A DNA stretch of 32,000 nt from Gemmata obscuriglobus (lineage in GTDB: Bacteria; Planctomycetota; Planctomycetia; Gemmatales; Gemmataceae): contig NZ_CP042911.1 in the NCBI RefSeq assembly GCF_008065095.1, forward strand, positions 6,960,001 through 6,992,000, given 5' to 3'. A program made the translations under genes and the position numbers. Positions 6,556-14,716 of the stretch are shown in pieces. The notes below the pieces were generated by a model. It searched no databases. It worked only from the letters and a program-made list of their open reading frames with translations, and had not been told where the DNA came from. Every line of letters starts with the position of its first letter. Within the stretch, counting starts at the first letter, position 1.

Positions 6556-7344
6556 TTACTTCGGGGACACGTCGAAGTCGGTCGGCTTCAGTTCGGTGGT
6601 CGGGCCGGTGACCTCGATCGTCTCGCCGGCGCGGCCCTTCACCCCGCCGCGGAGGCCGTTCTCGTGCCAGTACACGATCCGCACCTTGCCGGCCGGGACG
6701 TTCTTGATCTCGAAGTTCCCGTTCTCGTCGGTGACCGCGTAGTACGGGTGGTCGAAGATGCGCACGTAGCCGGTCATCCACGGGTGAACGGAGCACTTGT
6801 ACTGGATCGGCGCGGACTCCTTGACCAGCGGGGTCGGCATCGTCCAGTCGGTCTGCTTGGGCAGGTTCGGGTTGTGGGACCCGTTGTTGCCGCTCTCCCA
6901 GTAGAAGTTGTGCGCCACCGGGGACGGGTTCTTCACCACCAGCGTGTCGCCCACCCGGGCCGCGGTGACCCGCTTCACGAACACGCAGCACGGCTGGTCG
7001 ATCACCACCTCCCCCGGCTTCCGCTTGGCGTCGTCCGGGTGGAACTGGTCCTTCTTGAACTCGGCTTTCAGGTCGGTGTCGTCCGGGCGCAGGTACACGA
7101 CCACGTTTTTGACGCCCCGGCTCTTCGGGTTCACGATGACCGACTCGTCGAGCAGCGCGCCCTTGCTCAGGCAGTGTTCCTTGTCCTGGGTGACGTTGAG
7201 TTCACCGCGCTTGGGCAGGTCCTTGTCCTTCGGGAACAGCACCTGGCCCTTGACCGTAACCCACTTGTCATCAGCCGAGGCAGCGAAGCCGGTGCCGGCG
7301 AGCACAACCGCCGCGCACAGGGAGGCAAACGAGAAACGTTGCAT
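6556..7344 (-). CDS. Exported cupredoxin-like (type-1 copper site) protein with a CarboxypepD_reg-like C-terminal beta-sandwich
   Basis: The start is moved to the ATG at 7344 (MQRFSFASLCAAVVLAGTGFAASA, signal peptide). Candidate T1-Cu ligands are H in VAHNFYW and C-x2-H-x2-M in KCSVHPWM. The C-terminal YYAVTDENGNFEIKNVPAGKVRIVYWHE is a CarboxypepD_reg-like motif. Confidence 0.75.
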   Translation of the reverse strand: MQRFSFASLCAAVVLAGTGFAASADDKWVTVKGQVLFPKDKDLPKRGELNVTQDKEHCLSKGALLDESVIVNPKSRGVKNVVVYLRPDDTDLKAEFKKDQFHPDDAKRKPGEVVIDQPCCVFVKRVTAARVGDTLVVKNPSPVAHNFYWESGNNGSHNPNLPKQTDWTMPTPLVKESAPIQYKCSVHPWMTGYVRIFDHPYYAVTDENGNFEIKNVPAGKVRIVYWHENGLRGGVKGRAGETIEVTGPTTELKPTDFDVSPK

Positions 7345-7509
7345 AACTGGAGCAACTCCGTCGGGAAAGGTAGGTGAGGCAGGGTGGCGAGAACCGACTC
7401 TGGTATTGTTCCCGCGAAGTGTCCGTTCGTCCAGAGGAGGAACGGAAGGCCGCCGCAGAGGCACAAGGGAAACACAAAAGCGACGGAGACGAGGTTGAGA
7501 ATAACAAAG

Positions 7510-7564
7510 GCCGTTGGGCACCGAGAATGGGAGCTAGTTGCCCGCATTCTTGGTGCCCAACGGC
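7510..7564. terminator. 20-bp stem hairpin downstream of the IMPase-family gene
   Basis: gccgttgggcaccgagaatg (7510-7529) pairs with cattcttggtgcccaacggc (7545-7564). There is one G-T pair and a 15-nt loop. It lies in the 315-bp lower-GC spacer between two minus-strand genes. Confidence 0.45.
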
Positions 7565-7659
7565 GCCAATCGCTTCGCTTTTAACCTGTTATTTCTGTTT
7601 TCTTAGTCCCCTCTTCCATCCACCCGCGGCGTCCCTCTTCGTGGTGAACTCTTCTATCC

Positions 7660-8430
7660 CTACCCCCGGAGGATGGCCAGCACGTCGGAGTGCAGCTTGC
7701 CGTTGGTGGCGACGACGTCGGGAGTGTGGATAGTGGGCACGCCGCCCCAGTCGGTGAACGTGCCGCCGGCCTCCTCGACAATGGCCTTGGTCGCGGCCAC
7801 GTCCCACGGGTTCACCCCGTGTTCGATCATCACGTCCGCGGCGCCCTCGGCCACCAGCACGAACCCGTAGAAGTCGCCGTGCCCGCGCTGGCGCTGGGTC
7901 TGCTTGTACAGGTTGTGGAACGCCTGCTCCCGGCCGGACCGGGTGAACCAGCCCATGCTCGAGTAGCACAGCGAGCACTCGGCGAGCGAGGACACGTTCG
8001 ACACCCGGATGCGGCGCTCGTTGTGGTAGGCGCCGTCGCCGCGGAGGGCGCGGTACGTCATCCCGAACACCGGGATATAGACCACGCCGCCGATCAGCTC
8101 GCCCTTGTGCTCCAGCCCGACCAGCGTCGCCCAGATCGGCACGTGGCGGATGAACGATTTAGTGCCGTCGATGGGGTCGATGATCCACCGGTACCCGCTG
8201 GCACCGGGCTGGTCGCCGAACTCCTCGCCCAGGAACCCGTCGTCCGGGAACGCGGCGGTGACCGCCTCGCGGATCAGCTTCTCCGCGTTCTTGTCGGCCT
8301 CGGTCACCGGGCTGCTGTCGGCCTTATGCTCGACCTGGAACGTCGACTCGTAGTAGGCTCGTGCGAGGTCGCCGGCCTTTTGGGCCACGTTCACGGCGAG
8401 GTCGTACCGGTTGCGCCAGTCCGCGTTCAT
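7660..8430 (-). CDS. hisN: Inositol monophosphatase family protein, most similar by motif to HisN-type histidinol-phosphatase
   Basis: WIIDPIDGTKSFIRHVPIWATLVGL and GDFYGFVLVAEGAADVMIE...VNPWDVAATKAIVEEAGGTFTD match IMPase metal-binding motifs. The TK(S/N)F(I/V)R..P.WATL and VAEGA.D patterns are ones I associate with HisN. ATG at 8430 (an alternative GTG is at 8436). The HisN assignment is from memory, not from a search. Confidence 0.75.
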   Translation of the reverse strand: MNADWRNRYDLAVNVAQKAGDLARAYYESTFQVEHKADSSPVTEADKNAEKLIREAVTAAFPDDGFLGEEFGDQPGASGYRWIIDPIDGTKSFIRHVPIWATLVGLEHKGELIGGVVYIPVFGMTYRALRGDGAYHNERRIRVSNVSSLAECSLCYSSMGWFTRSGREQAFHNLYKQTQRQRGHGDFYGFVLVAEGAADVMIEHGVNPWDVAATKAIVEEAGGTFTDWGGVPTIHTPDVVATNGKLHSDVLAILRG

Positions 8431-8552
8431 CAGCACCTACTCCCGCCCCTCGCCGCTGGGGAGGGGGCCAAACCGTACCTTCGCGCCGCCGCAACACGGC
8501 CCTCCGGCGGTTCGTCCCCGCGCGACAGGGAGAACCCGGGCATTGCGCACAC

Positions 8553-9524
8553 TCACACCACTTCCGTCGGCGCCACCACCGGCGTCCGGCTCTTCGCGTA
8601 GGCCGCGCAGCCGACGATCCCCGAGTCGTCGCCCAGTTGCGCCGCGACGCACCGCACGCCGGCGGCGGCGCCCGGGAGCGTGTACCGCTGGGCGATCTCC
8701 CAGATCCGCTCGATGAAGTTGTCGCCCAGCGCGCCGGTCACCCCGCCGCCGAGGACGATCACCTCCGGGCTGACGAAGTTGATGAGCCCGCCCAGCGCGC
8801 CGCCCAGGGCGCGAGCCGCGTCGTCGACCAGTTCGACCGCGATCGGGTCGTCCTTCTGGTAGTACTCGGCGAGTTGCGAGCTGCGGACGGCGCTCAGGTC
8901 CACGCCCTTCCATTCCTTGCGCACGCGCTTGGGGGAATCGTCGAGCTTGTCCTTCGCCCGCTTCATCATGTACTTACGGCCGGCGATGCCTTCGAGGTGC
9001 GTGCCCCGCCGCCAGTGGACGACGAGGTGCCCGATCTCGCCGGCGTTGCCGTTGAACCCGGTGAACAGCTCGCCGTTGAGGATCAGCCCGCCGCCCACGC
9101 CGGTGCCGACGAACACGCCGAGCACGTTGCGGGCGCCCTTGGCCGCGCCGTAGGCGAACTCGCCGTAGGTGCCCATCCGCACGTCGTTCTCGACGACCAG
9201 CGGCCACCGCCAGGACGCGGGCATCAACGGCCGCACGTCGACATCGCGCCACTCGAGGTTGGGCGCGAACTTGACCCGCGTGGTGCCCAGCTCGATCTGC
9301 CCCGGGACGCCGATCCCCATCCCGCGGATCTGGGCCGGGTCGACGTTCGACTCGCGGACCACGGCGTCGACGGCTTTGACGATGTTGCCGAACACGCCCG
9401 CCGGGCCGGTGTCGGCGGCGGTGGGCTGTTTGGATCGCGCAAGTAACCGCAGGTCGTCGTCGAACAGCCCGGCGAGAATCTTGGTTCCGCCGAGGTCGAC
9501 GCCGAGCCAGTATCCGGTGCTCAT
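8553..9524 (-). CDS. ROK family sugar kinase/regulator paralog 1 (lacks the Cys zinc motif)
   Basis: MSTGYWLGVDLGGTKILAGL is an N-terminal ATP-binding (actin-fold) motif. FVGTGVGGGLIL and GNAGEIGHLVVHWRRGTHLEGIAG follow, but the CxCGxxGC of canonical ROK proteins is missing after the GH. Confidence 0.85.
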   Translation of the reverse strand: MSTGYWLGVDLGGTKILAGLFDDDLRLLARSKQPTAADTGPAGVFGNIVKAVDAVVRESNVDPAQIRGMGIGVPGQIELGTTRVKFAPNLEWRDVDVRPLMPASWRWPLVVENDVRMGTYGEFAYGAAKGARNVLGVFVGTGVGGGLILNGELFTGFNGNAGEIGHLVVHWRRGTHLEGIAGRKYMMKRAKDKLDDSPKRVRKEWKGVDLSAVRSSQLAEYYQKDDPIAVELVDDAARALGGALGGLINFVSPEVIVLGGGVTGALGDNFIERIWEIAQRYTLPGAAAGVRCVAAQLGDDSGIVGCAAYAKSRTPVVAPTEVV

Positions 9525-9627
9525 GCCGGGCTTCCGTGAGGGTCTGTCCGGTCGTGGGCCGCGAGCCGTCCTGGCGCCGCTATTGTAAGACCGGGTTGCG
9601 CTTCCGCAATGAGAAACAATGCCGCAC

Positions 9628-10281
9628 TCATGTGCGGACGGCCGCCGCGGCGCGCCGCACGTTCTGCACGAACCGCGTCACCTTGTCCGGGTCTTTGACG
9701 CCCGGCGCGCGCTCGACCCCGCTGGCGACATCGACGCCCCACGGCCGAACGGTGGCAACGGCCTCTTCCACGTTTTCCGGTGTCAGGCCGCCTGCGAGGA
9801 TGAGCGGCACGCCGACATCGAACTGTTGTAGCAACTGCCAGGGGGCGCGGTGCCCGGTGCCGCCCATCTGCCCGACCACAAACGAGTCGATCAGCACCGC
9901 CGACGGGGGGCGCCCCGCCGCCACTGCGGCGTCCACGAACCGGCGCACCGCCTCCAGTCCCTCCCGATCCTTCACCCGGAACGCGGGGACGTGCGCGAAG
10001 GGGAACGTGTCCTCGGTCGGCGGGTGGTCGTCGTAGCTCTGAACGCCCCGTAAGCCGAGCTGGAACGCGATCGCACACGCCTGCCGCATCGGCATACCGA
10101 CGAACACGCCGACGGCCGATGTGAACGCTGGCAGCGCGCGAACGAGCGGGGCGGCCTGCTGGGGCGTGATGTAGCGGGGCGATTGGGGGTAGAAGTTCAG
10201 CCCGACCGCGTCGGCCCCGGCCTCGGCCGCGAACCGGGCGTCCTCGGGCGTGGTGACGCCGCAGATCTTGATGCGAACCAT
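9628..10281 (-). CDS. trpF: Phosphoribosylanthranilate isomerase
   Basis: MVRIKICGVTTPEDARFAAEAGADAVGLNFYPQSPRYI... and ...ILAGGLTPENV are typical TrpF. No other trp genes are in the window. Confidence 0.9.
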   Translation of the reverse strand: MVRIKICGVTTPEDARFAAEAGADAVGLNFYPQSPRYITPQQAAPLVRALPAFTSAVGVFVGMPMRQACAIAFQLGLRGVQSYDDHPPTEDTFPFAHVPAFRVKDREGLEAVRRFVDAAVAAGRPPSAVLIDSFVVGQMGGTGHRAPWQLLQQFDVGVPLILAGGLTPENVEEAVATVRPWGVDVASGVERAPGVKDPDKVTRFVQNVRRAAAAVRT

Positions 10282-10290
10282 GCGGTCGTT

Positions 10291-10878
10291 TTACGACCCG
10301 GCCGGCGGAGAAGTAGGTGGGGGCGGATTGCGGCCCCCGGGCAGTTTGAAGATGTCCGCGACTTGGATGACCAGTCCGGGCAGATCGTCCCCGCCGGTCA
10401 ACTCGCCGCTCTCACGCACCACTTCCATCACCTTGTTCGGACGATAAACCGTAACGTTCCGCTCTTCGTAATCGACCTGCCAAACAACCTTTACGCCGTT
10501 CGCAAGGCACGCGCGGACCTTCTCGTTCGTGGTTCCGGTATTGTCGCTCGGGGACGATACCTCCACCGCCAACACAGGCGGCACGTCGCCCCATTTGGGG
10601 GGCAGGTCCTCGAACCTGTTCACATCCGTGAAGTAAGCGACGTCCGGCCCGATAACGGTTACCGGATTCTGAGCCAGGATCACTCCGGACGCCAAGACGA
10701 CGTACCCAAAGCGAATGCGCCGCGCATACTCTTCCAGAAACGAACCGAGCCGGACGGCAACAACGCCGTGCAGCCTTTCCGGACGCGCCTCCTCAACAAC
10801 CGTGCCGCGGATGAGGTGGAACGAGCGGGGCTCGTGTTCCGGGCGGTGGACGAACTCCCAGAATTCCTCGACGGTCAT
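10291..10878 (-). CDS. Uma2 (DUF820) family PD-(D/E)xK endonuclease
   Basis: ATG at 10878 is preceded by GGAGG 7 nt upstream. MTVEEFWEF...GTVVEEA...HGVVAVRLGSFL..., PDVAYF..., PPVLAVEVSSPSD..., K...Y...GVKVVWQVD is the Uma2 pattern. It is wedged 9 bp upstream of the trpF start codon and 24 bp downstream of ROK-2. Confidence 0.85.
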   Translation of the reverse strand: MTVEEFWEFVHRPEHEPRSFHLIRGTVVEEARPERLHGVVAVRLGSFLEEYARRIRFGYVVLASGVILAQNPVTVIGPDVAYFTDVNRFEDLPPKWGDVPPVLAVEVSSPSDNTGTTNEKVRACLANGVKVVWQVDYEERNVTVYRPNKVMEVVRESGELTGGDDLPGLVIQVADIFKLPGGRNPPPPTSPPAGS

Positions 10879-10902
10879 TGGGGCGCCTCCTTTTCGCACA
10901 GG

Positions 10903-11823
10903 TTACCCGCCGAACTTCTGCCGCGCCAACGCCAGCGCGCCGTGGATTACCACCTCCTCGCCCAGCGCCGCGGGTACGATGTCGGTCAGCCCGGCGAAGG
11001 GCGGAAATGTGCGGTCTGCAACAGCCGCTTGGAGGGGATTGAAGAAAAGCTCCTGTCCCATCAAGGAAACGCCACCACCAATGATGATGAGTCGCGGGCA
11101 CAGCAAGGTAATCAGTTGCGCAATCCCTTCCGCAAGCAGCTCAATTGCTGTGCTCAGAAGTGCCTGTGCTGTCAGGTCTCCGTTACGTGCCGCTGCTGCC
11201 ACGTCTTTCGTTGTGATGCGCCCGTTCCGTTTCAATTGCGTAAAAAGAGGAGTTGCGATCCATGCAGCACGTTCCTCAATGGCCGCGCCAGACGAATACT
11301 GTTCGACCGGCCCGCCACTCGAAGGCACACGTAAATGCCCGATCTCTGCGGCCCCTCTTCCGACGCCGCGGTAGATCTGACCGTCGATGATGAGCCCGCC
11401 GCCCACGCCGGTGCCGACCGTGATGTAGAAGATCGGCGACAGCCCCTTCCCTGCGCCGAACAGCGCCTCACCAAGCCCGGCTACGTCGGCGTCGTTGCAC
11501 AGTACCGCCGGCGCGCCCACGAGGTCGCTGACCCAATCGGCGAGCGGGAAGCCGTCCCAGCCCTGAATTTGATGTGATTTGATAACCGTCTGGCTGCGGT
11601 CGTCGGTGGGTCCGCCGAACCCGACTCCGACGCCCTTCAGTGAACCGCGATCGGTGTTCGCTTTCGCGAGCAGTTCCGGCACGGCACTGATGATTTGCTT
11701 GCGGATGCCTTCGCCGCCCTCTGCAGGGTTTACGGTGCCGCGCCAGAGGGCGTGAATGTGACCGTCGCCGTGCCCCAGTCCGAGTTGGAGCTTCGTACCG
11801 CCGATCTCGATCCCGAGGAACAT
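10903..11823 (-). CDS. ROK family sugar kinase paralog 2 (lacks the Cys zinc motif)
   Basis: MFLGIEIGGTKLQLGLG..., CNDADVAGLGE, ITVGTGVGGGLII and GAAEIGHLRVPSSGGPVEQYSSG are present, with no CxCGxxGC. Confidence 0.85.
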   Translation of the reverse strand: MFLGIEIGGTKLQLGLGHGDGHIHALWRGTVNPAEGGEGIRKQIISAVPELLAKANTDRGSLKGVGVGFGGPTDDRSQTVIKSHQIQGWDGFPLADWVSDLVGAPAVLCNDADVAGLGEALFGAGKGLSPIFYITVGTGVGGGLIIDGQIYRGVGRGAAEIGHLRVPSSGGPVEQYSSGAAIEERAAWIATPLFTQLKRNGRITTKDVAAAARNGDLTAQALLSTAIELLAEGIAQLITLLCPRLIIIGGGVSLMGQELFFNPLQAAVADRTFPPFAGLTDIVPAALGEEVVIHGALALARQKFGG

Positions 11824-11871
11824 GCGTAGCCTCCCTGTACCCGTGGATACAGGGAGACCCTACCGACTTCC

Positions 11872-14538
11872 TCAATCTTCGTCATCGTCATCGTCGTCGT
11901 GATCTTTCTTCGCGGCCTTCAGCGGCACGAAGAACGCGGCCCGCACCGGCGGCGGCATCGGGCTCCGCTGGCCCCGCACCGCCTTCCAGATGATCTCACT
12001 GAACAGGATGTCGTCCAGCGTGTCCTCCTTCGCGAGGTTCTGCTTCTCCATCCACGCGGCCCCGAACCCGCCGGGCTTGTTCTTCTCGGTGAGGTCCACC
12101 TTCGGCGCCTCGTGCGAGTAGCCCGACAGGTCCGGCTTCGCGGTGAACGAGTTGTACATCGGTCGCGCCGCGGCATCGAACTGGCTCATCGGCTTGACGC
12201 CGAGGATCAGTTCCATCGTCCGCAGCATGCTGGTCGTGGAGTAGAGCGTGCTGTCCACGAACTTGCGCTTGGTGTACGGCGACACCACCAGCGCCACGGA
12301 GCGGTGCGCGTCCACGTGGTCCGGGCCGTTCTGGGTGTCGTCCTCGATCACGAAGATCGCGGTCTCTTTCCAGAACTTGCTCTTGCTGACCGCTTCCACC
12401 AGGAGCCCGAGCGCGAGGTCGTTGTCCGCCACCATCGCGGTGACCGTGGGCGCCCCGACCTTCGTTCCGGCGGTGTGGTCGTTGGGCAGCCGCACCACCT
12501 GCATCCGCGGCATTTCGCCGGTCTGCTCGAACCGCTTCAGCTCGCTGATGAACCGCTCGGCGCGTTTCACGTCGGTGTATTCCAGATCGTAGCCGCGGAA
12601 CCGCGGGTCGATTTTGCCCTCGAGCGCCGGGACCGCGGGGATGCCGTCCTCGAACCCGCCGTCCGGGCGGCGTTTCCCGTTGTTGACCCACTCGCCGTAG
12701 GCGCGGTAGCTCACCTTGGCCTCCGCGCACTTGTCCCACAAGTAGCCGCCGCTGGGCCGGGCGATCAGGTCCTTGGCCCCCTCGCTCGGGTACCCGAAGA
12801 TCTTGCCGCCACGGTAGCTGAGCGGCCAGATCTTCTCGACGAAGTCGGTCGCGTAGGCGCCCATCGTCCACTCGTGCCCGTCGGCGGACACCTCACCGTC
12901 CACGTACAGGTTGTCGAGCAGCACGAACTGCTTCGCGAGTTTGTGGTGGTTCGGGGTCACGCTCTCCGGGAACAGGCACAGCGACGCGTCGCCGTTGCCC
13001 TCCTTGATGTCCCCGAACACCTGATCGTAGGTGCGGTTCTCCTTCACGACGTAGATGCAGTACTTGATCGGCGACGCCTCGCCGAGCTTCTTCGGGATCG
13101 GGTTACCGGGTTCGACGGCATCGGCCCGCACGGCGCTGTCGTTGCGGAGCGGGCTGCACGCGTAGGCGGTCTTGCTGTGCGTGGCCATTTGATCGGGCGT
13201 GGGCACCCGCATCACCGTCAACGAACCCTTCAGAAGCTGGCCGATGTACTCGTTCAGGTTCCGCGACTGCGGCACCAGCGGGTTCGGGCCGTTGCGGTTC
13301 GACTTCGACGACAGGCCCTTACCGTTCGCGATGTAGAGCTGCTTGTCGCTGGCGTTGTACCGCACGCTGGTGGGATACCAGCCGGTGGGGACGAACCCGA
13401 GCGAGACCGCCTTGGTGCGGTCCTTGACGGCGAACACGCTGAGGTTGTTGGCGTCGGCGTTGGCGACGAACAGCATCTCGCCGTCGGGCGTGAGGGTCAG
13501 GCTGTTGGGGGTGTTACCGTTGGGCGCGTTCGGGTACAGCGCGCAGTTGATCGTTTGCAGCCCCTTGCCGGTGGCCGGGTCGATCACACTCACCTTCGTG
13601 GAGTTCGCGCACGCGACGTAGAGCGCGTCCCCCTTCGGCGCGAGGACCATCTCCGTCGGGTGTTCGGCGGTGGGCCAGGTCTCGACCACCGCGTTCGTCT
13701 CCAGGTCGATGACGGCCACGCTCGCCCGCGCCCACAGCGACACGAAGCACCGCTTACCGCCCGGTTCGACGAGGCAGGTGTACGGGTACACCTGCGGCTC
13801 CGGCTCCTTCGGCTCCTCGCTCGGGGCCTTCGCTTTGGGCTTCTCCTCCTTGCGCCCGTCCGGCGGGGACGGCGGCTCGCCCTTGCCCGGCTCCTTTTTC
13901 GCCGGCTCGGGGTTGAACGGGATCACCTTTTTGTTGTCGGGATTCACGAGCGGGACGCGGACCACGGCGTCGGCCCACGGGACCGCGACGAACAGGTCCT
14001 TGCCGGTCGGGTCGAACGCCAGCCCGCCCACCACGCCCTTCTTCTTGGGAATGCTCGCGTCGAGGGCCTTACCCTTGGTGAGATACCCCTTGTCGAAGTC
14101 GAACACGTGAACGGTTTCGTCCTCGCCGCCGCTGGCGAAGACCTGCCTCCCGTCGGGGCTCCACGTCAGGCCGTAGAACGCCTGGTGGACCTGCACGCGC
14201 GACAGCACACGAGTGCGTTCGGGGTTCAGGTCAACGATCACGATCTCGTGCGGGCCGTACCCGGCGCACAGCACCGCGGCGAACTCGCCGGTGGGGTGGA
14301 GGGCGATGTTCACCGGGAAGTCGCCGGTCTCGATGTGCCGGCCGGCGGGCTTCAGGGACCACTGGTTCGGGAGCTGCACGAACCCGTCGCGGCGCAGCCC
14401 GGGCAGCACCCGTTCGAGCGGCTTGGATTCCGTTTTCGGCTCGCCCTTGGCCGGCGGCTGGGCCGGCGCGGTGACGCCGAACAGTCCGACCCCGGCCGCG
14501 AGCAGCAGCCCGGCGGCCCACAGCGATTGCGCGTGCAT
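11872..14538 (-). CDS. Exported bifunctional YncE-like beta-propeller / phosphoesterase-family (PLC/AcpA-type, alkaline-phosphatase superfamily) protein
   Basis: The start is moved to the ATG at 14538 (MHAQSLWAAGLLLAAGVGLFGVTAPA, signal peptide). The N-terminal half has propeller-like repeats (SPDGRQVFASGG, DPTGKDLFVAV, PKGDALYVACANS, TPDGEMLFVANAD). The C-terminal half has IYVVKENRTYDQVFGD, GHEWT, VRLPNDHTAG and VIEDDTQNGPDHVDAHRS (phosphoesterase family). It ends in KKDHDDDDDDED. Confidence 0.85.
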   Translation of the reverse strand: MHAQSLWAAGLLLAAGVGLFGVTAPAQPPAKGEPKTESKPLERVLPGLRRDGFVQLPNQWSLKPAGRHIETGDFPVNIALHPTGEFAAVLCAGYGPHEIVIVDLNPERTRVLSRVQVHQAFYGLTWSPDGRQVFASGGEDETVHVFDFDKGYLTKGKALDASIPKKKGVVGGLAFDPTGKDLFVAVPWADAVVRVPLVNPDNKKVIPFNPEPAKKEPGKGEPPSPPDGRKEEKPKAKAPSEEPKEPEPQVYPYTCLVEPGGKRCFVSLWARASVAVIDLETNAVVETWPTAEHPTEMVLAPKGDALYVACANSTKVSVIDPATGKGLQTINCALYPNAPNGNTPNSLTLTPDGEMLFVANADANNLSVFAVKDRTKAVSLGFVPTGWYPTSVRYNASDKQLYIANGKGLSSKSNRNGPNPLVPQSRNLNEYIGQLLKGSLTVMRVPTPDQMATHSKTAYACSPLRNDSAVRADAVEPGNPIPKKLGEASPIKYCIYVVKENRTYDQVFGDIKEGNGDASLCLFPESVTPNHHKLAKQFVLLDNLYVDGEVSADGHEWTMGAYATDFVEKIWPLSYRGGKIFGYPSEGAKDLIARPSGGYLWDKCAEAKVSYRAYGEWVNNGKRRPDGGFEDGIPAVPALEGKIDPRFRGYDLEYTDVKRAERFISELKRFEQTGEMPRMQVVRLPNDHTAGTKVGAPTVTAMVADNDLALGLLVEAVSKSKFWKETAIFVIEDDTQNGPDHVDAHRSVALVVSPYTKRKFVDSTLYSTTSMLRTMELILGVKPMSQFDAAARPMYNSFTAKPDLSGYSHEAPKVDLTEKNKPGGFGAAWMEKQNLAKEDTLDDILFSEIIWKAVRGQRSPMPPPVRAAFFVPLKAAKKDHDDDDDDED

Positions 14539-14716
14539 GTTGATGTCCCCGAGAGGATGGAGGGGGCGGTTATTGTGCGAAGTCGCGGCGGGCGCGGCGC
14601 GAAGATGGCGCGAAGGTGCGAGCGGAGAGCTTCTTCCCCACCCGCCCGGCAATTTATTGGGCCGCGGTAGCGCCCTTGAAGCACCTGTGGGGTAACACAA
14701 TTCCCGGAGGTGCCGC

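Noticed and set aside
7384-7584. 66-aa basic plus-strand ORF in the 7345-7659 spacer
   Set aside because: It overlaps the hairpin, has no RBS, and its highly basic low-complexity sequence looks like a chance ORF.
10183-11334. 383-aa plus-strand ORF spanning the trpF/Uma2/ROK-2 junctions
   Set aside because: It is antisense to three well-supported genes and crosses their boundaries, so it is a shadow frame.
11899-14670. 923-aa plus-strand ORF
   Set aside because: It is an antisense shadow of the YncE/phosphoesterase gene, with an R/G/V/H-rich composition and no recognisable domains.
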